Shown piece by piece: positions 25,749 to 37,332 of a DNA stretch of 64,000 nucleotides. The stretch covers positions 37,091 to 101,090 of the forward strand of contig JBFWYG010000010.1 in the NCBI GenBank assembly GCA_050186725.1, read 5' to 3'. Position numbers and translations under genes: made by a program. The notes under the pieces were generated by a model. The model was given only the letters and a program-made list of their open reading frames with translations. It searched no databases and had not been told where the DNA came from. The DNA comes from Gammaproteobacteria bacterium (GTDB taxonomy: Bacteria; Pseudomonadota; Gammaproteobacteria; Ga0077536). Numbering within the stretch: position 1 is the stretch's first letter; every line of letters starts with the position of its first letter.

Positions 25749-27725
25749 TCAGCCCGTGACCGCGCCACCGGTGGCCGCGCGCGCGGCGCGGCGCGTCGCC
25801 AGGCGCCGGAAGCGCGGGTCGCACATCGCAACCACGCCGCCGGCGGCCATGAGCATCGCGCCCAGCCACAGCCAGCGCACGAAGGGCTTGACGCTGACCC
25901 GCACGCTCCAGGCCTTGTCGTCCAGCGGTTCGCCGAGCGAGACGTAGAGATCGCGCCGCAGCCCGGGCGCGATGCCGGCCTCGGTCATCGGCATGCCGCG
26001 CACACGGTAGTTGCGCTTCTCGGCGCTCAGCGTGGTGACGTGCTCGCCGTCGCGGGTGACCTCGAAGCGCGCCGCCGTGCCGTCGTAGTTCGGGCCCTCG
26101 ATGGGCGTGGCGGCGGCGAAGGTGAACACGTAGTCGCCGGCCGTGACGCTGTCGCCGGGCGCTGCGCGCGCATGCACATCGACCGTGTCGAGGCTGACCA
26201 GGGTCACGCCGACGATGGTCACCGCGAAGCCGAGATGCGCGAGATGCTGGCCGAGGTAGGCGGCGGGCAGGCCCATGAACGCGGCCCACGGCGCGCTGCG
26301 CGCGCGACAGCGGCGCAGCACGCCGCCGACGCTCGACGCCAGTACCCACAAGGCGAGCGCGAGGCCGAACACGGCGCGCGGCGAGCGCGCCTCGCTCAAG
26401 GTCGCGACCGCGGTGGCGAGCAGCACCAGGGTGCCGAGCAGCGGCAGGCGCAGGCCGCGGCACAGCTCGGCGAAGCGGTCCTGTTTCCAGCGCGCGTGCT
26501 GGCCGAGGCCGAGCAGCACCACCAGCGGCGCCATCAGCGGCACGAACACGGCGTTGAAGTAGGGCGGCCCGACCGAGATCTTGCCGAGTCCGAGCGCGTC
26601 CAGCACCAGCGGGTAGAGCGTGCCGAGCAGCACGGTCGCGCAGCTCACGGTCAGCAGCACGCTGTTCGCGAGCAGGAAGGACTCGCGCGAGGTGAGCGCG
26701 TAGCTCGCGCCGCTCAGCATGCTGGTGCCGCGCCAGGCGTAGAGCGCCAGCGCGCCGCCGATCACCAGCACCAGGAAGACCAGGATGAACACGCCGCGCG
26801 CCGGGTCGCTGGCGAAGGCGTGCACCGAGGTCAGCACGCCGGAGCGGACCAGGAAGGTGCCGAGCAGGCTGAGCCCGAAGGCGCCGATGGCGAGCAGCAC
26901 CGTCCAGCTCTTGAAAACGTCGCGCTTCTCGGTCGCGGCGAGCGAATGAATGAGCGCCGTGCCGAGCAGCCAGGGCATGAAGGAGGCGTTCTCCACCGGG
27001 TCCCAGAACCACCAGCCGCCCCAGCCGAGCTCGTAGTAGGCCCACCAGCTGCCGAGCGCGATGCCGAGCGTCAGGAAGGTCCAGGCGAGCAGCGTCCAGG
27101 GCCGCGCCCAGCGCGCCCAGGCGCTATCGAGATGGCCGCCGATGAGTCCCGCGATGGCGAAGGCGAAGGCGACCGAGAAGCCGACGTAGCCGGTGTAGAG
27201 CATCGGCGGATGGACCACCAGGCCGAAGTCCTGCAAGAGCGGGTTCAGGTCCGCGCCGTCGGTGGGCGGCGGGAGCTGGCGCAGGAAGGGATTGGAGGTG
27301 GCCAGCATGAACAGCAGGAAGCCGACGCTGATGCCGCCCATCACCGAAAGCACCCGCGCGCTGAAGGCGAGCGGCAGGCCGCGGCTGCCGAAGCTGACCG
27401 CGCAGGACCAGGCGCACAAGAGCAGCACCCACAGGAGCAGCGAGCCCTCGTGCGCGCCCCACAGCGCGGAGATGCGATAGGCGAGCGGCAGCGCGGAGTT
27501 GGAATTCTGCGCCACGTAGGCGAGCGAGAAATCATTGTCGATGAAGGCGTGGGCCAGCGCCGCGAAGGCCAGCGCCACGAACAGGAACTGGGCGCGCGCC
27601 GCGGGCCGCGCGAGCGACATCCACAGTACGTTGCCGCGCTGCGCGCCGAGCAGCGGCACCAGGGTCAGCAGCACGCCGATGGCGAGCGCCATGGCCAGCG
27701 CGAAATGCCCGAGTTCGGCAATCAT
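25749..27725 (-). CDS. ccmF: Heme lyase CcmF
   Basis: [61 protein letters not shown] and SVHAFASDP. Confidence 0.97.
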   Translation of the reverse strand: MIAELGHFALAMALAIGVLLTLVPLLGAQRGNVLWMSLARPAARAQFLFVALAFAALAHAFIDNDFSLAYVAQNSNSALPLAYRISALWGAHEGSLLLWVLLLCAWSCAVSFGSRGLPLAFSARVLSVMGGISVGFLLFMLATSNPFLRQLPPPTDGADLNPLLQDFGLVVHPPMLYTGYVGFSVAFAFAIAGLIGGHLDSAWARWARPWTLLAWTFLTLGIALGSWWAYYELGWGGWWFWDPVENASFMPWLLGTALIHSLAATEKRDVFKSWTVLLAIGAFGLSLLGTFLVRSGVLTSVHAFASDPARGVFILVFLVLVIGGALALYAWRGTSMLSGASYALTSRESFLLANSVLLTVSCATVLLGTLYPLVLDALGLGKISVGPPYFNAVFVPLMAPLVVLLGLGQHARWKQDRFAELCRGLRLPLLGTLVLLATAVATLSEARSPRAVFGLALALWVLASSVGGVLRRCRARSAPWAAFMGLPAAYLGQHLAHLGFAVTIVGVTLVSLDTVDVHARAAPGDSVTAGDYVFTFAAATPIEGPNYDGTAARFEVTRDGEHVTTLSAEKRNYRVRGMPMTEAGIAPGLRRDLYVSLGEPLDDKAWSVRVSVKPFVRWLWLGAMLMAAGGVVAMCDPRFRRLATRRAARAATGGAVTG

Positions 27726-28168
27726 GGCTTCACCCCCGCCTGCGCCTTGCCGTCCTTCAGCGCCTGCGCGACCTCGGGTGGCATGTAGTTCTCGTCGTGC
27801 TTGGCGAGCACTTCGCTCGCCACGAACACGCCGTCCTGGTCGAGCTGACCGATGGCGACGATGCCCTGACCCTCGCGAAACAGGTCGGGCAGGATGCCCT
27901 TGTAGGTGACCGTGCGCTGCTGCGCGAAATCGGTGACGGCGAAACGCACGGTGAGACCCTGCGGGTCGCGCTGCACGCTATCCTTGACCACCATGCCGCC
28001 CAGGCGGAACGCACGGTTGTCGGGCGCCTCGCCCCGCGCCACCTCGCTCGGGCTGTAGAAATACATCAGGTTCTGGTTGAAGGCGGCCAGGATCAGGGCC
28101 ACGGCCACGCCGATGCCCAGCACCCCGAGTCCGATCACCAGCATGCGCTTACGCCTGGGCGTCATCAT
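27722..28168 (-). CDS. ccmE: Heme chaperone CcmE
   Basis: [31 protein letters not shown] and [14 protein letters not shown]. Confidence 0.96.
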   Translation of the reverse strand: MMTPRRKRMLVIGLGVLGIGVAVALILAAFNQNLMYFYSPSEVARGEAPDNRAFRLGGMVVKDSVQRDPQGLTVRFAVTDFAQQRTVTYKGILPDLFREGQGIVAIGQLDQDGVFVASEVLAKHDENYMPPEVAQALKDGKAQAGVKP

Positions 28169-28331
28169 TCGTTCCGAGTTCACGGCGTCGCGCCAGCGCC
28201 GCCAGCGCCGCACGCTCCGCGCGGCGCGGCAGCAGCACGTTCAGCGCCAGCACCACCAGCGCGAGGCCGTAGGAGGTCCACACGTAGACCGCGTAGCCGC
28301 CCATGTGCAGGAAGGCATCGAGTCCGCTCAC
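28149..28331 (-). CDS. ccmD: Heme exporter protein CcmD
   Basis: 60 aa, [17 protein letters not shown]; lies between ccmC and ccmE. Confidence 0.92.
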   Translation of the reverse strand: MSGLDAFLHMGGYAVYVWTSYGLALVVLALNVLLPRRAERAALAALARRRELGTNDDAQA

Positions 28332-28334
28332 GGC

Positions 28335-29081
28335 TCAGGCTCGCGTCGACAGGTCGAGTTCCCGCACCCAGGCGGCGTTGCGGTCGTACTCGAGGATCTG
28401 GGCGCGTACGCGCACCAGGAGGTTCCAGAAGAAGTAGCACTGGAAGGCCGCGATCATCACCAGGAGCGGGATCAGCATGTCGATGTGGATGGACGGCTTG
28501 TCGAACTTGGTCACCGTCGCGCCCTGGTGCAGCGTGCTCCACCATTCCACCGAGAAGTGGATGATCGGGATGTTGACCACGCCGATCAGCGACAGCACCG
28601 CGCCGGCGCGCGCCGCCGCGCGGCGGTCGTCGAAGGCGCCGTGCAGGGCCATCACGCCGAGGTAGAGGAACAGGAGGATCAGTTCCGAGGTGAGCCGCGC
28701 GTCCCATACCCACCAGGTGCCCCACATGGGCTTGCCCCACAGCGAGCCGGTGACGAGCGCGAGGAAGGTGAAGGAGGCGCCGAGCGGCGCGCAGGCGCGG
28801 GCGACGATTTCCGCCAGCTTGAGCTTCCATATCAGCGCCGCGCCGCCGGCCGCGGCCATGCTCACGTAGACGAACATCGACATCCAGGCCGAAGGCACGT
28901 GCACGTACATGATGCGGAAGCTCTCGCCCTGCTGGTAATCGGCCGGCGCGAACAGCAGCCCGCTGACCAGGCCCCAGGCGAACAGCGCCAGGGTCAGGCC
29001 CGCCAGCCAGGGCGTGAGCGCGCGGCTCAGGCGGTAGGCGTGCATCAGCGACGCGTACTTGTGCAGGAAGGCGAAATTCAA
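28335..29081 (-). CDS. ccmC: Heme exporter protein CcmC
   Basis: DYQQGESFRIMYVHVPSAW, GKPMWGTWWVWDARLTSEL and NIPIIHFSVEWWSTLHQ; TTG start preceded by GAGG. Confidence 0.95.
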   Translation of the reverse strand: MNFAFLHKYASLMHAYRLSRALTPWLAGLTLALFAWGLVSGLLFAPADYQQGESFRIMYVHVPSAWMSMFVYVSMAAAGGAALIWKLKLAEIVARACAPLGASFTFLALVTGSLWGKPMWGTWWVWDARLTSELILLFLYLGVMALHGAFDDRRAAARAGAVLSLIGVVNIPIIHFSVEWWSTLHQGATVTKFDKPSIHIDMLIPLLVMIAAFQCYFFWNLLVRVRAQILEYDRNAAWVRELDLSTRA

Positions 29082-29122
29082 AGGGACCTCGGAGCGCGTG
29101 GCGGCGGCTCGATAAGTTGGCG

Positions 29123-29794
29123 TCAACTCATGCGGATGCGCAGCGCCGCGGCCGTGGCCCAGGGCGCCAGCGTCACCGCCAGCACTACGAGGCCAGCGAG
29201 GAAATAGATCTCGCCCGTGACCGGCAGTCCGAGGGCCGCGTTGGCGGTGGCCGACGCACCAAAAATCAGCACCGGAATGTACAACGGCAGGATCAACATT
29301 GCCAGGAGCAGGCCGCCGCCGCGCAGACCCACGGTGAGCGCGCTGATGGCGCTGCCGACCAGGCTCATGACCACGCTGCCCAGGGCGAGCGTCGCGAGCA
29401 GCACACCGAGCACCGCGGCGGGGACGTCGAGCGCGAGCCCGGCCGGCACCGCCAGCGCCAGCACCGGCAGGCCGGACAGCAGCCAGTGGGCGAGCGCCTT
29501 GGCGAAGCCGAGCACGGCGAGCGGCGCGCCGCCCGTCACCAGCACCTCGAGCGTGCCGTCGGCGTAGTCGGCGCGAAACAGGGATTCCAGCGACAGGGCC
29601 GCGGCGAGCAGCGCGGCGACCCACACCGCGCCGGCCGCGACCCGCGACAGGAGCGCGCTGTCGGTGCCGAGCGCGAAAGGGAACATCAGGATCACCAGGG
29701 CGAAGAACAACAGCGGATGCAGGGCCTCGGCCTGGTTGCGCGCGGCGCGCAGGAGTTCGCGGCGCAGGACCGCCGCGACCACGCCAGCGCTCAC
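29123..29794 (-). CDS. ccmB: Heme exporter protein CcmB
   Basis: LRRELLRA, LFRADYADGTLE, AKALAHWLLSGLP and LILPLYIPVLIFGA; GTG overlaps the ccmA stop. Confidence 0.95.
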   Translation of the reverse strand: MSAGVVAAVLRRELLRAARNQAEALHPLLFFALVILMFPFALGTDSALLSRVAAGAVWVAALLAAALSLESLFRADYADGTLEVLVTGGAPLAVLGFAKALAHWLLSGLPVLALAVPAGLALDVPAAVLGVLLATLALGSVVMSLVGSAISALTVGLRGGGLLLAMLILPLYIPVLIFGASATANAALGLPVTGEIYFLAGLVVLAVTLAPWATAAALRIRMS

Positions 29795-30417
29795 GCCGCG
29801 CGCTCCAGCGGCACGACCGTCACCGCGTGGCGGGACGCGAAGCCCTGGTGGGTCGCGATGAGCACTGTGCCGCCGGCCTCGACCTGCGCGTCGATCAGGC
29901 CCTCGACCAGCGCCCGGCTGGCGTGATCGAGCGCGGTGAACGGCTCGTCCAGCATCCACAACCGGGTCTCGAACAGCGCCAGCCGGGCGAGCGTCACCCG
30001 TTGGCGCTGGCCGGCGGACAGGTAGCGCACCGGGCGCTCGGCGAACTCCGCGGCGTTCAGCGCGCGCAGCGCGGCGGCCACGCCCAAGCGCCGAGGCGCG
30101 GCGGCGAGCGCGGCGATGAAGTCGAGGTTCTCGAGTGGCGTGAGCTCGGCGTTCAGGCCGCCGTGGTGGCCGATGTAGGTGAGGCTCGCGCGAAACGTCG
30201 GCAGGGTGGCCAGCGCCTGCCCCTGCCACAGGATCTCGCCGGCGTCCGGGGTCACCAGGCCGACCAGGGTCTTCATCAGCGTGGTCTTGCCACAGCCGTT
30301 CGCGCCCTGCAGCTGCACGATGCTGCGCGCCGGCGCTGAGAAGCTGAGCCCATCGAACAACAGCCGCGGGCCGCGCTCCAGGCGCAGGCCGCGGACCTCG
30401 AGACCGCTGTCGGGCAT
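29791..30417 (-). CDS. ccmA: Heme ABC exporter ATP-binding protein CcmA
   Basis: Walker A GANGCGKTT, LTPLENL, signature LSAGQRQRV, Walker B WMLDEPFTALD and ATHQ. Confidence 0.95.
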   Translation of the reverse strand: MPDSGLEVRGLRLERGPRLLFDGLSFSAPARSIVQLQGANGCGKTTLMKTLVGLVTPDAGEILWQGQALATLPTFRASLTYIGHHGGLNAELTPLENLDFIAALAAAPRRLGVAAALRALNAAEFAERPVRYLSAGQRQRVTLARLALFETRLWMLDEPFTALDHASRALVEGLIDAQVEAGGTVLIATHQGFASRHAVTVVPLERAA

Positions 30418-30473
30418 GGGTGAGGACGCCGGGGTCGCGGGCGATGCGGGGCGCCGCGCGCGCGGCGCCGCGG

Positions 30474-30875
30474 TCACTTGAGGATGAACTTTCCTCCCGA
30501 TCGACCGCCGGGCAGGCCGCCCAGGTCGCCGGGGCCGCCCTGGCCCGGCACGACGATGCGCGAGGCCTCCTCGCGGGCCATTTCCCGCGCGCGCTCGTTC
30601 AGCCTTTCGATCGCGCCCTTGATGCCCTCGGGGAACTGCGCGCAGGCCTCGGCCAGGCTCGGGCCTTCGAGCGGGAACTGCACCGGGATGGGCCCCATCT
30701 GCGTCATCAGCGTGGTGTCGCCGATGAAGCGCTGCGCACGGGACGGGTCGTCGCTGCCGTCGGTGCGTATCGGGATCAGGCGGCGAATGGTGGCCGCGTG
30801 CAGATCAGTGATCGCCTCTTCGCGGTAGAGGTTGTCGACGTCGACGGTGAAGGAATCTGCGCTGCTGCCAGCCAT
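30474..30875 (-). CDS. Conserved-looking hypothetical cytoplasmic protein upstream of ccmA
   Basis: 133 aa with typical codon usage and an RBS (GGAG). Contains NLYREEAITDL..ATIRRLIP..TDGSDDPSR...TQMGPIPVQF; function unknown. Confidence 0.7.
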   Translation of the reverse strand: MAGSSADSFTVDVDNLYREEAITDLHAATIRRLIPIRTDGSDDPSRAQRFIGDTTLMTQMGPIPVQFPLEGPSLAEACAQFPEGIKGAIERLNERAREMAREEASRIVVPGQGGPGDLGGLPGGRSGGKFILK

Positions 30876-31010
30876 GTCGGTGCTCCCGTTCGCTCGGTGG
30901 CGCGATGGTAGCAGAATCGTGATGCAGCGCGGGTTTAAAGCCGGCCGCGCCGGCTCCGATATACAGACCGACGGTGTAAGCTAATCGCACCCACGAGAAT
31001 CCGAAACCTT

Positions 31011-32017
31011 ATGAAGATCCTGGTCACGGGCGCCGCTGGCTTCATCGGCTCGCGCCTCTGCGAACAGCTCCTGGCACGCGGCGACGAAGTGGTCGGCGTC
31101 GACAACCTGAACGACTACTACGAGGTCTCGCTCAAGTACGCGCGCCTCGCGCGGCTCGAGCCGGCGCCGAATTTCCGCTTCCACAAGCTGGACATCGCCG
31201 ACCGTGCCGCCATGCCCGCGCTGTTCGCCGCCGAACGGCCGCAGCGGGTGGTGCACCTCGCCGCCCAGGCCGGCGTGCGCTACTCGCTGGAGAACCCCCA
31301 CGCCTACATCGACGCGAACATCGTCGGCACGACCAACATCCTGGAAGGCTGCCGCCACAACGGCGTGGAGCACCTGGTGTACGCCTCGTCGAGCTCGGTG
31401 TACGGCGCCAATACCCGCATGCCCTTCTCGGTGCACGACAACGTCGACCACCCCGTGTCGCTCTACGCCGCCACCAAGAAAGCCAACGAGCTCATGGCCC
31501 ACACCTACAGCCACCTGTTCGGCCTGCCGGCCACCGGGCTGCGCTTCTTCACCGTGTACGGTCCCTGGGGCCGGCCGGACATGTCGCTCTTCATGTTCAC
31601 CCGCAAGATCCTGCGCGGCGAGCCGATAGACGTCTTCAACTACGGTAACCACCGGCGCGACTTCACCTACATCGACGACATCGTCGGCGGGGTGGTGGGC
31701 TGCCTGGATACCATCGCGACGCCGAACCCCGCGTGGCTGAGCGATGCGCCGGACCCCGGCACGTCCCGCGCGCCGCACCGGTTGTACAACATAGGCAACA
31801 ACTCGCCGGTGGAACTGATGGACTTCATCGCCACCCTGGAGGAGTGCCTGGGCGTGGAAGCGAAGAAGAACATGCTGCCCCTGCAGCCCGGCGATGTGCC
31901 CGATACCTATGCCGATGTCACCGCGCTGGTGGAAGACATCGGCTATCGTCCCGGCACGCCCATCAAGCAGGGCATCGCCAATTTCGTGAGCTGGTTTAAG
32001 GAGTACTACAAGGTCCC

Positions 32018-32021
<4 letters not shown>
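31011..32021 (+). CDS. NAD-dependent epimerase, UDP-glucuronate 4-epimerase type
   Basis: [58 protein letters not shown] and [10 protein letters not shown]. Confidence 0.92.
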
Positions 32022-33307
<1,286 letters not shown>

Positions 33308-33311
33308 ATCC

Positions 33312-34616
33312 GTGAATGTCGTGATGATCGGCACCGGCTATGTCGGCCTGGTGTCGGGTGCCTGCTTCGCCGAGTTCGGCGCCAATGTCACCTGCGTCGA
33401 TGTCGACGCGGGCAAGATTGCCAAGCTGCACGCCGGCCAGATGCCGATCTACGAGCCGGGGCTCGACACCCTGGTGGCGAACAACGTCAACGCCGGTCGC
33501 TTGGGTTTCACCACCGAGATCGGGCCGGCCGTGGCCGCGGCCGACCTGGTGTTCATCGCGGTCGGCACGCCGAGCCGTCGTGGCGAGGGCTTTGCCGACC
33601 TTTCATATGTCTACGAGGCGGCTCGCCAGATCGCGACCCACCTCAAGCGTTACGCGGTGATCGTCGACAAGTCGACCGTGCCGGTCGGCACCGCGCGCAA
33701 CGTCGCGCGCATCGTGCGCGAGACCAATCCCGCGGCCGAGTTCGACGTCGCCTCCAATCCCGAATTCCTGCGCGAAGGCGCCGCGATCAGCGACTTCATG
33801 CGCCCCGACCGGGTCGTGATCGGCTGCGAGAGTCCGCGCGCCGAGGCGCTGCTGCGCGAACTCTACCGGCCCTTGAACCTGCGTGAGACGCCCATCCTGG
33901 TGACCAACCTGGAGAGCGCGGAACTCATCAAGTACGCGGCCAACGCCTTCCTGGCCACCAAGATCAGCTTCATCAACGAAGTCTCGAGCCTGTGCGAGGC
34001 GGTCGGCGCGGACGTCCACGCGGTCGCCAAGGGCATGGGCATGGATGGCCGCATCGGCGGCAAGTTCCTGCACCCGGGGCCCGGCTACGGCGGCTCGTGT
34101 TTTCCGAAGGATACCCAGGCGCTGGTGCGCATCGCCCAGGAGCATGGCGTCGGCAGCCGCATCGTGGAGGCGGTCATCGAGGTCAACGCCGCGCAGAAGG
34201 CGCGCATGATCAAGAAGATTCGCCAGGCCCTGGGCGGCTCGGAGGCGGGCAAGACCATCGGCGTGCTGGGGCTCACCTTCAAGCCCGAGACCGACGACAT
34301 GCGCGACTCCCCGGCGCTCTCGATCCTGCCGCCGCTGATGGAGAAGGGCGCGCGGGTGCGGGCCCATGACCCGCAGGGCGTGCACGAGGCGCGGCAGTAC
34401 CTGCCGGCCGAGGTGCAGTACTGCGACGGCATCTACGACGTGTGCGAGGGCGCCGACGCGCTGGTGCTGCTGACCGAGTGGAACGCGTATCGCGGCCTGG
34501 ACCTCGAGCGTGTCAAGCGCGGCCTGAAGAGTCCGGTGTTCATCGATCTGCGCAACGTCTACGAGCGGGCCACGCTCGAGCGCCTGGGCTTCGCCTACCA
34601 CTGCGTCGGCCGCTAG
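33312..34616 (+). CDS. ugd: UDP-glucose 6-dehydrogenase
   Basis: IGTGYVGLVSG, PIYEPGL, KSTVPVGT, SNPEFLREG, KYAANAFLATKISFINE and GYGGSCFPKD. Confidence 0.95.
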   Translation: MNVVMIGTGYVGLVSGACFAEFGANVTCVDVDAGKIAKLHAGQMPIYEPGLDTLVANNVNAGRLGFTTEIGPAVAAADLVFIAVGTPSRRGEGFADLSYVYEAARQIATHLKRYAVIVDKSTVPVGTARNVARIVRETNPAAEFDVASNPEFLREGAAISDFMRPDRVVIGCESPRAEALLRELYRPLNLRETPILVTNLESAELIKYAANAFLATKISFINEVSSLCEAVGADVHAVAKGMGMDGRIGGKFLHPGPGYGGSCFPKDTQALVRIAQEHGVGSRIVEAVIEVNAAQKARMIKKIRQALGGSEAGKTIGVLGLTFKPETDDMRDSPALSILPPLMEKGARVRAHDPQGVHEARQYLPAEVQYCDGIYDVCEGADALVLLTEWNAYRGLDLERVKRGLKSPVFIDLRNVYERATLERLGFAYHCVGR

Positions 34617-34732
34617 GAGGCGGTCGGCCGCTTCGCTCCGCGCGGGTTAAGATGCGCGCTCCTCGAGCCGGGAGCGCGCCTTGACCGCCGCACGATCATC
34701 CGTGGCCGTGGCGCCACGCGCGCCGCGCTGAC

Positions 34733-36091
34733 ATGCTGTTCACCACCCAGGTCTTCCTGCTCGGCTTCCTGCCGCTGACGGCACTGCTGTACCACGCGGT
34801 CTCGTCGCGACGCACGCGGCTGTGGGTGCTGCTGGCCGCTTCGCTGTTCTTCTACGCCTGGTGGGACGTGCGCTTCCTGCCGCTGCTGCTGGTCACGGGC
34901 GCGGTCAACTTCGGCCTCGCGGCGGCCTTTCGCCGCCGCCGCCGTGGCTTGATCGCGCTCGGCATCGCCTTCAACCTCGCGGTGCTCGGTTTCTTCAAGT
35001 ACACCAACTTCCTGCTCGGCGCGCTCGTGACGGCGCTGGGCCAGAGCTACGACCCGCTCGACATCGTGCTGCCGCTCGGCGTCAGCTTCTTCACCTTTCA
35101 GCAGATCTCCTACCTGCTGGATCTCGAGCGCGGCCAGGTGGCGGCCTACGGCCCGCTCGAATTCGCCTGCTACGTGAGCTTCTTTCCGCACCTCATCGCC
35201 GGCCCGATCATCCGGCACCACGAACTCATTCCGCAGTTCGATGGCCTCGGCGAGCGACACATCGACCGCGAGATGATCGCCCGCGGCCTCGGCCTGTTCG
35301 CCTTCGGGCTCATGAAGAAGGTGTGGGTGGCCGATCAGCTCGCGCCCTATGCCGACGCCGGTTTCGCCGCCGCGGCGCCGGGCGTGGCGCTCGCCTGGCA
35401 GGCGGCGCTCGCCTATTCGCTGCAGCTCTACTTCGATTTCTCCGGCTATTCCGACATGGCGCTCGGACTGGCCGGGCTGTTCGGCCTGAGCTTGCCGGTG
35501 AACTTCGACGCGCCCTATCGCGCGACCAGCATTCGCGAGTTCTGGCGGCGCTGGCACATGACGCTGTCGCGCTTCCTGCGCGACTACCTCTACATCCCGC
35601 TCGGCGGCAGCCGCGCCGGGCCGGCGCGGGCCTATGCCGCGGCGCTCGCCACCATGCTGCTCTGTGGCCTGTGGCACGGCGCGGGCTGGACCTTCATCGC
35701 CTGGGGTGGGCTGCACGGCGTGGCGGTGTGCTGCAACCGCTGGTGGATGGGGCGTGGGCTCAGCCTGCCGGCGCCGCTCGGCTGGGCGCTCACCATGCTG
35801 TTCGTGGTGGCCGGCTGGGTGCTGTTCCGCGCCGACGACTTCGCCGGCGCCGCGCGCATGCTGGGCGCGATGGCAGGGCAGGGCGGCGCGGCGCGCGCGG
35901 ACGGCGACGGCTGGTCGCTCGTACTGCTCGCCGCCGCGCTGGCCCTGCTCGGTCCGACCAATCTCGGCCTCGCGCGGCGCGACTGGATCTATCGCCCGGC
36001 GCTCGCGCTGCCACTGGCGCTGCTCTTGCTCGGCACCGTGCTGCGCGTCGGCCAGGGTCGCGGCATCGAGTTCATCTACTTCCAGTTCTGA
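34733..36091 (+). CDS. MBOAT family O-acyltransferase (AlgI/DltB/PatA-like)
   Basis: LPLGVSFFTFQQISY, FFPHLIAGPIIR, DFSGYSDMALG, EFWRRWHMTLSRFLRDYLYIPLGG, GLWHGAGW (catalytic His) and EFIYFQF. Confidence 0.95.
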   Translation: MLFTTQVFLLGFLPLTALLYHAVSSRRTRLWVLLAASLFFYAWWDVRFLPLLLVTGAVNFGLAAAFRRRRRGLIALGIAFNLAVLGFFKYTNFLLGALVTALGQSYDPLDIVLPLGVSFFTFQQISYLLDLERGQVAAYGPLEFACYVSFFPHLIAGPIIRHHELIPQFDGLGERHIDREMIARGLGLFAFGLMKKVWVADQLAPYADAGFAAAAPGVALAWQAALAYSLQLYFDFSGYSDMALGLAGLFGLSLPVNFDAPYRATSIREFWRRWHMTLSRFLRDYLYIPLGGSRAGPARAYAAALATMLLCGLWHGAGWTFIAWGGLHGVAVCCNRWWMGRGLSLPAPLGWALTMLFVVAGWVLFRADDFAGAARMLGAMAGQGGAARADGDGWSLVLLAAALALLGPTNLGLARRDWIYRPALALPLALLLLGTVLRVGQGRGIEFIYFQF

Positions 36092-36092
36092 G

Positions 36093-37115
36093 ATGCGCTT
36101 CGACACCTGGTTACGCGTGGTGCTGGCCGGCGGCGGCGTGCTGGGCGCGCTGATCTACGCCTTCATCCTGGTCATCGATCCCTACCAGGTGGTGCCCTTC
36201 GCGCCGGCGCTGCCGCGCGCGCCGATTTCCACCAACCAGCGCTTCTCCTACCCGGCCATCGCCCGCTCATCCGCCTTCGACAGCGCGGTGATCGGCACCT
36301 CGACCATGCGCCTCATCGACCCGGCGCGGCTGGACGCCGGCAGCGGCGCGCGCTTCGCCAACCTCGCGATGAACTCCGCCACCGCCTACGAGCAGGGGCG
36401 CATGCTGGAACTCTTCATGCGTCATCACCCGGCAGCCCGGGCGCTCGTGGTCGGCAATGACGGCACCTGGTGCAACCGGCGGCCGGACGTGCCGCAGTAC
36501 ACCTTTCGCGCCTTCCCGGAGTGGATGTTCGACGATGAGCCGTGGAACGACCTCTTCTATCTCTTCAACGACAAGGCGCTGGAGGACGCGGTGCGCATGG
36601 CGGAGTACCTGGCCGGCCGGCGCGAGGCCAAGTACCGACCCGACGGCTACCGCGACTTCACCCTGGACTTCGGTCCGCGCGATCCGCGCGCCGCCCATAC
36701 GCGCCTGTTCAAGGCGCGCGCCCGACCCGCCGAGCGCGGCGATGCCGCGCCGCGCCGCGACCATCCTGGCTGGCGCTTTCCGCTGCTCGACCTGCTCGCG
36801 GCGCGCATCAACGCGCTGCCGGCGGAGACCCGCGTGGTGCTCGTCTACCCGCCGGTGCACGACCACTACCTGCAGACCATGGCGGTCAGCATGGGCGAGT
36901 GCAAGGCGCGCGCAGCCGACCTGCTGGCCGGGCGTCGCGAACTCGTGACGCTGGATTACATGCGACCGACTACGCTGACGCGGAACGAGGACAACTTCTG
37001 GGACGCGGTGCATACCACCGCCGAGGTGGCGCGCGTCGTGGAGGAGGACATCCGGGCGGCGCTGCGTGGCGCGCCGCCGCCGTCGCCGCACGTGGTGTCA
37101 TGGCGCGGCGACTGA
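36093..37115 (+). CDS. Membrane-anchored periplasmic partner of the MBOAT (SGNH/DltD/AlgJ-like acyl-transfer protein)
   Basis: N-terminal TM segment then IDPYQ, VIGTSTMR (GxS), LAMNSATAYEQ and a C-terminal FWDAVH (DxxH); starts 1 nt after the MBOAT stop. Confidence 0.65.
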   Translation: MRFDTWLRVVLAGGGVLGALIYAFILVIDPYQVVPFAPALPRAPISTNQRFSYPAIARSSAFDSAVIGTSTMRLIDPARLDAGSGARFANLAMNSATAYEQGRMLELFMRHHPAARALVVGNDGTWCNRRPDVPQYTFRAFPEWMFDDEPWNDLFYLFNDKALEDAVRMAEYLAGRREAKYRPDGYRDFTLDFGPRDPRAAHTRLFKARARPAERGDAAPRRDHPGWRFPLLDLLAARINALPAETRVVLVYPPVHDHYLQTMAVSMGECKARAADLLAGRRELVTLDYMRPTTLTRNEDNFWDAVHTTAEVARVVEEDIRAALRGAPPPSPHVVSWRGD

Positions 37116-37332
37116 GTCCCCACCGTCCGGACGGCCACGTGAACTCAAGCGCATCGCGTCCTGTGTCGTGTCGATCAGGCACGGGTCGTCGAACGCTGGT
37201 TGCAAAGAATCTGCCGTTCGCGCGAGGATCGAGAAGGTCCGCCCGGGCCCGGCATCCGAGCGTTGCAGACCCCTTCTCCGAGCACGAGCCCCGGGCGCGT
37301 GCGCCCATTTACTCGAGAACCCCGGAACGCGC

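Noticed and set aside
30897-30915. TGGCGCGATGGTAGC as a sigma54 promoter for the sugar-epimerase operon
   Set aside because: Spacing fits but the -12 region (GTAGC) is poor, and such GG-N10-GC matches arise by chance at this GC content.
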